From: Hyaloraphidium curvatum SAG 235-1
Taxonomy: Eukaryota > Fungi > Monoblepharomycota
DNA: 64,000 bases
NCBI GenBank assembly: GCA_025558095.1
Contig: JAIVFI010000008.1
Span: 682,001-746,000, forward strand
Reading direction: 5' to 3'
Below are positions 56,346 through 64,000 of this stretch, in pieces (position 1 is the stretch's first letter; the number at the start of each line of letters is the position of its first letter). The position numbers were made by a program, and so were the translations under genes. A model generated the notes under the pieces. That model did no database searches. It was not told the origin of the DNA and was given only the letters and a program-made list of their open reading frames with translations.

Positions 56346-58867
56346 TCACGAGTACATGTCAACGATCGACGACTCGCTGTCGTCCAGCGTAGAGACACCG
56401 TCGGATGCATCAGCCTCCTTCGGTGCGCTCCCAGGCGCGTATGAAGGCGGTCCTTCGACCACGGTACAAGGTTTGCGGAGCGTGGCCTCAAAAGCATCCG
56501 GGCCGCTCCTCCGGCGCACCGGCTTCGCGGGGCTGTCTTCACCGATTGCATGCGCTGAGGGCTCGTCTCCGACCGCACAATCCAGCTGTTCCTTGGAGAT
56601 AGAGGCGACCTCATCCACCTTGTCGGCGGGCTGGGCTGCCTCCTCCTGCAGCAGCTTCCTCCGTTGGCGCCCGAGCACGACGATCGTGACGATCCCGGCC
56701 GACAGGGCCGCGAGCCCAAGGACGAGACCCGCAATGGCGCCAACGGGCACGGTCTGTGCCGGCGCCCGAGCACCCACGACCACGAACTGGCTCTCCACCG
56801 ACGAAATCTGCCCTTGCTCCGCCGTCGCCGAGATTTGAACCGCCCTCTTGGCCAAGTATGCTTCCCCGCCCGCGTGCACATGCACCACTTCGACGTCGGC
56901 GGATCCGCTGTGCTGCGTCAATCCAGGGCCGACGCTGGGCTCGTTATCGAGTTCGACCATCTCCAGCCGCCTCCTCCGGCGCTGGGGCAAGGAGCTCTGC
57001 ACGTCGTAGAAGATCCCAAGGGAAATGTGGAGCCCGAACGCATTGTTCGCGGTCCCGAGGTCCGACGTCTTGAGGAGAGCGGCAGCCGGATCCGTGCCTG
57101 CGATGGCGGAGAAGGAAATGCCGTTCTGCGCAGAGTTGCTGCCCGAATCGGCGATGCTGTAGATGAGGCCGTTGGCAGCGGCCGCGGAAAGCGCGGTGCC
57201 TAGTGCGGTCCAGGCGTAGTTCTCGACCAGGGTTCGGTTCGCCCATAGGGGATCCGCAGCGTACTTGGTGCTCGATACCCAAGCCTCGCGGATGCCGAGC
57301 TGGACAATCTTCTTAGACGGCGAGGAGACGGCAATGTCGAACGAAGCCACGCTGCCAACGACGATCGGGGCCGCCGGGGCCGCGAGGTTCGCTGCCGTGT
57401 TCAGGATGGCCTGGTCAAGCGCCGAGCCGCAGACCGGGAGGGAATCGACCATGACCTGAAACTGCGATGTGGAGTCGGGAATGGTGTCGTACTGCGAGTC
57501 GGGAATCGGCGGTCAGAAGGAGCGGAATAAGAGGAATAGGGCCGCCCACTCGCCTGCGGGTACGTTTGGCAATCGTAGGTGAAGGTGCACTCCGTGCCTG
57601 GTGCGACGGTAACCGGCTGCTTGTCCACGAGCCCGAGGCCGCCGTAATCGCACGAACCCTGCTCGGGCAAACGAATCCACCAGCTTGCTCCGTTCGAACC
57701 AGTGGGGCACGTGAAGCGGTTGCCTTGGGAGTCGTAGTTGGGCTGTGTGGGATCCGCCACGGGCCTCGGGTACGTGCTCCCCCAGCACGCGCGATCATAG
57801 CCGTACGTGGGGCTGTCCATGTAGATCTGCGTCAGAACACGCAAAGTCGCGGTGCACTTGCCGCCGCTGGATGTCGTAAGGTACTTCCACTGGCCGGAGC
57901 AACCAGCCATGCAAGACGCAAACGAGAAGACGGGAAGGATTCCGCTGACGTTGAAGTCGAGATTGTAGGTCCCGGCTACGGAGCACGTGGCAGGCGGGAC
58001 CGAGAATGCCACTGTGCCAGACTGCGTGCAGTTGCTTCCAGGCGAGTTTCCCCCGTATGCACACTCGGCAGGATTGTACGAGAAGGAGTTGTCTGCCGTC
58101 GATTCTGCAATTCCGGATCCGGGGCCGGTCGAAGCAAAGTACTGAAAATGAAAGGGATACGGGTTGGTTAAGCCGTACTGCATCAGTAGCTTGCGGCTTG
58201 TGGCGACATAGCTGAGGCTTCGGATGATGAAGCTCGACGAGCCGTCGTTCGAAGTGATCGTGGTGCTGTTGGAGGCGTTGACCGAAGTCTGGAAGAGGAA
58301 CGAGACTGGTTGCTGGAAGCTCCCGTCCCTGGTCGTGCTTGCCGAAGAGATGGTGTCGTTCCATCGCACAAACACATTGTTCGTCACCGTGGTCGTCCCG
58401 TTGCCGTTGTCCGTTGAAGTCCATCCGCAGCCACGCAAGGCGGCCCAGGAGCCCGAAAGCGCGAGGGAAGCGGTGCAGGCCGAGCCGGTGCCAGACACGG
58501 TCCCCGTCTGAGCCCCAGTCGTGCAGACGCCGACAGCCGGATCGCCTAAGGAGATGGACATGGCGCGGTAGGCGGTTCCGGCGCCGTCAGAATAGTAGTC
58601 AGAGAGGATCGAAAAGTCCAAAATCTCGGTGGCGGCATTGTAGGTCGCCGACAGCACGGGGGCCGGCGACTGTGCAATATCCGTGGCATTGATCCGACGG
58701 GCAGTGCATTGCGCAGCCACAGGTGCCGCGGAGAGGCCCGCAAGGAGGGCGAAGAAGGCCGCGGCAAAGATGGGTCCTCTGCGCGCAAGGCGCTGGCCGC
58801 GTTCCCGGCAGTTCCCCCTGCTGCCGCGCCGCGCACGCAGCGATTCGTCTCCTGTAGGGTAAAGCAT
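56346..58867 (-). CDS. Type I single-pass cell-surface protein with Cys/Ser/Thr-rich beta-sandwich-like ectodomain; GC-AG intron 57492-57553
   Basis: Signal-like segment FAAAFFALLAGLSAAPVAA, a Cys-rich ectodomain, basic sites RRRRR and KR, and TM GAIAGLVLGLAALSAGIVTIVVLG followed by RQRRK. Confidence 0.75.
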
Positions 58868-59148
58868 GAAAGCAGCGGGCTTTTAGAGTGTCTTATGGCT
58901 CCGGGGTTGGTCGTGATTCGTGTGAGTCGACGAGTGTGGCGGTGTGCTTACTCACACATAAAACCAGGATCCCGAACGTCAGCAAGGGAGACCAGATCCC
59001 AACTCTTCGGAAAGTGTAGCTAAGTGGTTTTCCGAGGACAATAAACAGCATTGATTGAAGCGTTTTGGTCGCGCGGCTCACTTGCTGTTTATTCGCTGCC
59101 AGCACGTCAACAAAGCGAGTAACGCGTCCCAGCAATCCGCGTAGCACC

Positions 59149-62052
59149 TCATTCGGGTTCCTCCCACGGAATTCCCCACTTGATCAGGCACGACCGTGCG
59201 GGCCCGGCACCCTGCCATTCGTCCCAGTTCACCCACATGTCCTTCGCGGCCTGCGTCAGAAAGAGCACAAGGTCAGTTGGGAAAGATTGGCAACGATGAT
59301 CCTTTCGCGGCACCCACATCCATCCGACCGAGCACACTCCCACCCTTCCAGCACGCGATCCGCCCGTCCACATCCCTCGGCACCCTGTTGCTGACCGCCA
59401 CCACCACCCACGACGCTGCCTGCAGCCCCTGCCCGTCCTTCCGGTCGACCAGCGGGAGCACCACGCGCTCGTTGAGCTTCTGCCCCACGCGCTCTTGCAG
59501 CAGCTCGGGAAGGCCGGGCACCTGCGCGCCGCCGCCGACGAGGAGCACCTGCCCGGCGACCTTGCGCAGGCGGTCCTCGGCGTCGCGGGCGCCAGCAGAA
59601 TGGAGGTAGCGGTAGTACCGGAGCAGAGAGTTGACGATGAGCTCGTCGAGGGCGAGGGGGACGGTCGGGTCCGTCTCCTGCTCGGCCGCCGGCGCTGCAG
59701 AGCCCTGGGCCTGCCCGGCCGCGGTCCCCTCCTCCGCAATGTCCATGGCTACGTCCGGCACGGCATCACCGTTGGCATACGGCGCGGCGGTGCCGTCCCC
59801 GTTGGCCTGGGCGGTAGGCGGCCGCTCGGGCAGCGGCTTCTCCTCGGCCTTGCGCCTGCCTTCCCAGACCATCTCGTCCATCGCCGCGATCTCGACCTGC
59901 CCGTCGCGTTCGAGCCACGTGGGCTCGGCGGAAAAACCGGGGAAGTGCGCCAGCTTGGCGCGGTAGTCGATCACGGACGGATAGAAGTATGTCTGTCGGA
60001 CGGGAAGTTTAGCCATCTGACCACTTTCAGCCGTTTGACCAACTCACGAGGATGGCCAAGCAGATCTCCTCGTACGCCCTCCCCTCGAACCTCCGCGTCG
60101 ACGCCTCGGGCTCGCGGCTCTCGTACAGCAGGCTGTGCATTGCCTCGCCCAGCGCGGCGTTGCCGTACTTTTCCATGATCTCGTCGAGGACGATGCGGTC
60201 GTTGACGAGGCCGTGGAAGAGGGGCCGGTGGAAGGGCAGGCTGACCTGCGTGAGGAAGTGCACGAGGAGGATGAACACGTCGTAGCAGCCGTAACGGGCG
60301 ATGAGCCTGGACCGCGGTTCCGTGAGGCAGGAACGCAAAGTCGGATCAACGATCGAGCTCACCGAGTATCGGGAACCATGAGGCCGTCTTCCACAATCGT
60401 CACGCTGGTCTTGCCCTCGCCCATGTCCACGATGCAGTTCTGCGAGTAGCCAGCAGCGAATGTCGCGGCCAGGCTCTCTTGCATGCAGATCGCCCCTGCG
60501 GCTCGAGTGAGCATCCTGATGAGCACATGTGAGGCGATGGACCCACTTCGGAAGCCCATGCTGCCGAGGACCCTCCCCAACATGCCCCAAGCACACTTCT
60601 CCCATGCATCCGGAACCACAATGATCACCCTCCACTTCCACCTCTCCTCGCGCGAGACTCCCGCCTGCTCCGCCGACCACCCCCAGATCTCCTCCATGTC
60701 GTCCAGCCACGCCTCCCGCGTCGCGTAGTCCTCCGTGTTGGGCATCCCGTACTTGATCGGGTGCATCAGCTTGTACGCCGGCGCGCCCACGGGCAGACAA
60801 CGCGTGGGCGGGTACGAGAAGTTGGGCACCCAGAGCGCCTCGTCGCCAAAGTAGGCCTCGCGGCCGCAGTCCTCCGCCTCCCCGCCCGACATGTCCCTGC
60901 GCTTGCCCAGACCGCCGCCGCCGCCCGGCGGCATCCCGGGGCGGCGCCACACCTCGGTCCATTCCATGCGCCCGCGGTCGTTGACCTCGGGCACGAGCTC
61001 GCCCTCGCGGGGCTGCTCGAAGTTGTACCCGAACACGGCCGGGCTGGCCGTGGCGCCCGTCAGGAGGCGGGTCTTGAGCAGCCGCGCCCGTGCGCGGAGG
61101 TCGTTCTCCATCCGCGGCGCGGTGGCCTTGAGACGGGCGTGGTGGATGTGCGGGAGGTGCGAGGGGGGGTAGCGCAGTGCCTCGCGGTCGCGCCGGAACT
61201 TGGCCTGCTCGTGCGGGGCCACAGGGACGTCGGGGTTCTCGCCCTCGGGGAGGGGCAGCATGGCCGCTTCAGCCTCGGGGAACACGGCGGGCGAGGGATC
61301 CGAGAGCGCCGTCACGCGGCCGACCTTGCGCGCCAGCATGTGCGGGAGCGTCAGCGGGAGCGCGTCGTCCACCTTGCCGATCCGAATGAAGCGAGATCCG
61401 GGGTGAATGACAAGAATTCTCTGCGGGAGTCGCCATCAGTCGAGTTTGGAGGACTACAGGTCGGGTCGGACCCACCCTGGGGTCGTCCGGCTCATCTTCC
61501 GCGTCCTCCCGGCCGTCTCCCATGTTCAATCGCTTTCTCTTCGGCGCAGAGAGGAGATTGGAAGTCGGCACTGCGAGAAAGGGTCAGCCGAAGGCAGCAG
61601 CTGGAAACGGCACTCCTCCCACCATCCTCGCTCAGCGTCTTCTTCAGGAACGCGCCTCCCGTCTTTCCCACGTCGATTTTCGGCGGGTGCGAGAAGCTGG
61701 TCTGGTGCAGCTGCTGGCTCGGCGGCGGCAACGCGTCGGGATCGAGGGCGAAGGGGAAGGCGGGCCGCGGTGCGTTCGCGTCTGCCCGGTACCAGCGCGG
61801 CGGGCCCGACGGCGGCTCGTCGTCCAAAACGCGCGGCATTTCGTCGCGCAGCCACTGCGGCACCACGCGCGGCGGCTCGGGCGCCGCCGGCGAGAAGGTC
61901 GGCGGCGGCTTCGATTCCCGCGCGGACTTGCGCGTCGGCGCCTTGGCCGGCGGCCCCACCGACATCGTCAGCTTGATCTTAAGCGCCTGCTGCGGGGATG
62001 GCTCGTGCAGCGGAGGCTGCCCGGGCTGCCCGGCGTCCGGAAATGAGTCCAT
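59149..62052 (-). CDS. ARP8: Actin-related protein 8 (INO80 complex); six introns
   Basis: Spliced RILVIHPGSRFIRIG...LPHMLAR, QESLAATFAAG...CIVDMG...TIVEDG, LLVGGG, DGRIACWKGGSVL and DMWV. Confidence 0.88.
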
Positions 62053-62182
62053 CTTCTGCGAAAGACCACGAGGCTGTCGACGCGATTCATCACTTCCTTC
62101 TCGCTCTGAAGCAGACCTCTAGTCAGAAGATGTTCAGTACAGATCAGCACAGATCAGCAAGTCCATTCAGTGCCAAGCAGCG

Positions 62183-64000
62183 CTACGTGTCGCCCGTAGC
62201 GCGGAAAGAGATGCCCGCGCCGTCGTAGCGCTCGGCCTCGTACCGGCTCCCCGAGTCAATCGACGCCGCCTTCTGCAGCCCAATCTCGTCCTTTTCGACG
62301 CTGTCGTCCACCGGCAGCTCAACGGCCGCCGTCGGTGTGATCGGCGTCTCCGATCCGAGCCCTTCCTCCAGGGTCCGCTCGCGCTTCTTCAAGCCCAGCC
62401 GCCGGCCGACAGAGTCGAAGTTCAGCGCCACGACGACAACGAAGAGCACGACGTTGAGCACACCCAGCACCGCCGTCCAGATGATCCACGAGGTGGTCCA
62501 GATGCAGATCGGAATCGTCACCGCGGCCACCAACAGCTGGAGGGGGCCCCCGAAGACGATGTAGTCGTAGAACCGGTAGCCGCCGGGCGACCAGACCATC
62601 AGGTTCGTCTGATACCCGATCGGCGTCGCAAAGTCGGCGCTGCCGGCCATGCAAAGCGCGAGCACGAAGGGGATCGGGTCGTAGCCCGTCGTGCGGATCG
62701 CAGAATCGATGATCGGCCACACAACGGCGACAGCGGCTGTTCCGAAGACGGAAATGAGCTTGGAAACGACACCAGAAGTACCAAAATACCATTGTTCGTA
62801 AGGATGGAATTCAGCACCACGGTGACGAAGTAGGTGGCCACCAGCAGCCCCGCCGAGTTCCTGGTGATGCTCGTGAGCCCGTTGGCGATCCACTGCGCCG
62901 CGCCGCTCTTCTGCATCGCCGTGCCGAGCGCGAACGACATGGCGATGAGGATGTAGACCTCCCACGAGAGCGACTGCCTGGCCTCGCGCGGGGTGATGCA
63001 GCCGGCGATGAGGACGACGCAGGCGCCGAGCCACAGGCAGGTGTTGAAATCGAGCGTGCCCTGGTTGCCGACGACGGGGATGTCGAGGTTGGAGAGAATG
63101 ATGGGGACGAGCAGGGCCAGGGCCGCGATGACGGCCTGCCAAAGCTTCCTCCGCGGAGGCACCTGGTTCAGCCGGCGGACGACGGAAAAGTTGTTGTGGT
63201 CGTGGAAGTGCTTCTCCTCGAACTCGTGGCCGCCGATGAGGAGCACGATGTCGTGTGCCTGGAGCTTGATCTCGCCGATTGGCTCGTTGATGCGCTCGCC
63301 CTGCCTGTGCACTGCGATGATGGCCGCGCCGAACTTGGTCCGGAACTCGAGCTCCTTGACCGAGACCGAGTGCGAAATGTACGACGAGTGCGGGGAGATG
63401 ACAGCCTCGTAGATCACGTTCTCCTCGCCGAGCCGGTTCAGATCCACGTCGCGTTCTGCGCCCTCCTTGACAACGAGCCCGTGCTCGCGGAGCAGGACGA
63501 ACTTCTCGGCTGAGCCGGCAAAGTAGAGCGTGTCGCCCTCGCGCAAAATCTCGGTCGACGGGGGCGCCGGGAGGATCTTGGCGGGGCTACCGTCCTCGTA
63601 GTTACGGACGATCTGGACCAGGAAGAGCTCCTTAAGGTGGCGGAGCTTGACCAACGTCTGGCCGATGAGGGGATGTCCTTTCGGGATCACGGTCGTGACC
63701 TGGGAAAGTAATGTCAGACACAGCTTGCGAAGAACCCAACGCACAGCAGCCCACGATGTACTCCCGCGTGCTCTCGATGGTAATGCTGGGCGCTATCCGT
63801 TTCGGCAGCATCTTGGTCGGTCCCAGGAGCGTGACATAGAGGACGCCGGCGAGGAAGGTCGGCACGCCGACGATGGCAAGGGCAAAGAGGCCGAAGGTGT
63901 CGTCGTTGATCTGCTCCGGCATCGAGCGGTTGGCGAGGGAGTAGACGACGAGGTTGGTCGACGTGCCGATCTTCGTGACTGCGCGGCGGGAGGTCAGCGC
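62183..64000 (-). CDS. SLC13/DASS-family anion (sulfate/dicarboxylate) transporter with TrkA-C (RCK_C) domains; 5' end beyond the window
   Basis: IGTSTNLVV, two RCK_C repeats (HPLIGQTL; FRTKFGAAIIAVHRQG), LTNN and FATPIGYQTNLMVWSPGGYRFYDY. Confidence 0.9.

Noticed and set aside
123-63754. Introner-like (transposon-derived) intron family
   Set aside because: The introns share only donor, branch and acceptor signals. I saw no internal similarity or terminal repeats by eye.

Overview
This is eukaryotic, not prokaryotic, DNA: GC-rich and gene-dense, with about 32 protein-coding genes broken by short (mostly 45-70 nt) spliceosomal introns with CTGAC/CTAAC-type branch points. The gene content (ARG8, ALG12, ARP8, seipin, a C2H2 plus fungal-type transcription factor, a virilizer homolog, a TTC25-like ciliary gene) fits an early-diverging zoosporic-lineage fungus, possibly a monoblepharid such as Hyaloraphidium. 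That placement is inference. I rebuilt the gene models by hand by joining ORFs at splice sites. No rRNA, tRNA, CRISPR array or intact mobile element was seen. Main points of interest: (1) about half of the inferred 5' splice sites are GTGGG(Y) rather than GTRAGT; (2) a bromodomain-GATA zinc finger fusion with an abnormally long finger; (3) a full-length virilizer (m6A writer) gene; (4) an in-frame TGA in a ubiquitin-domain gene; (5) a truncated TTC25/ODAD4; (6) a BC-box-like motif fused to a P-loop GTPase; (7) a tandem-domain IF1; (8) several intron-containing, bacterial-looking enzymes (GH113 with a CBM, SDR, rhodanese, VOC) and a putative lipid-modifying gene cluster.
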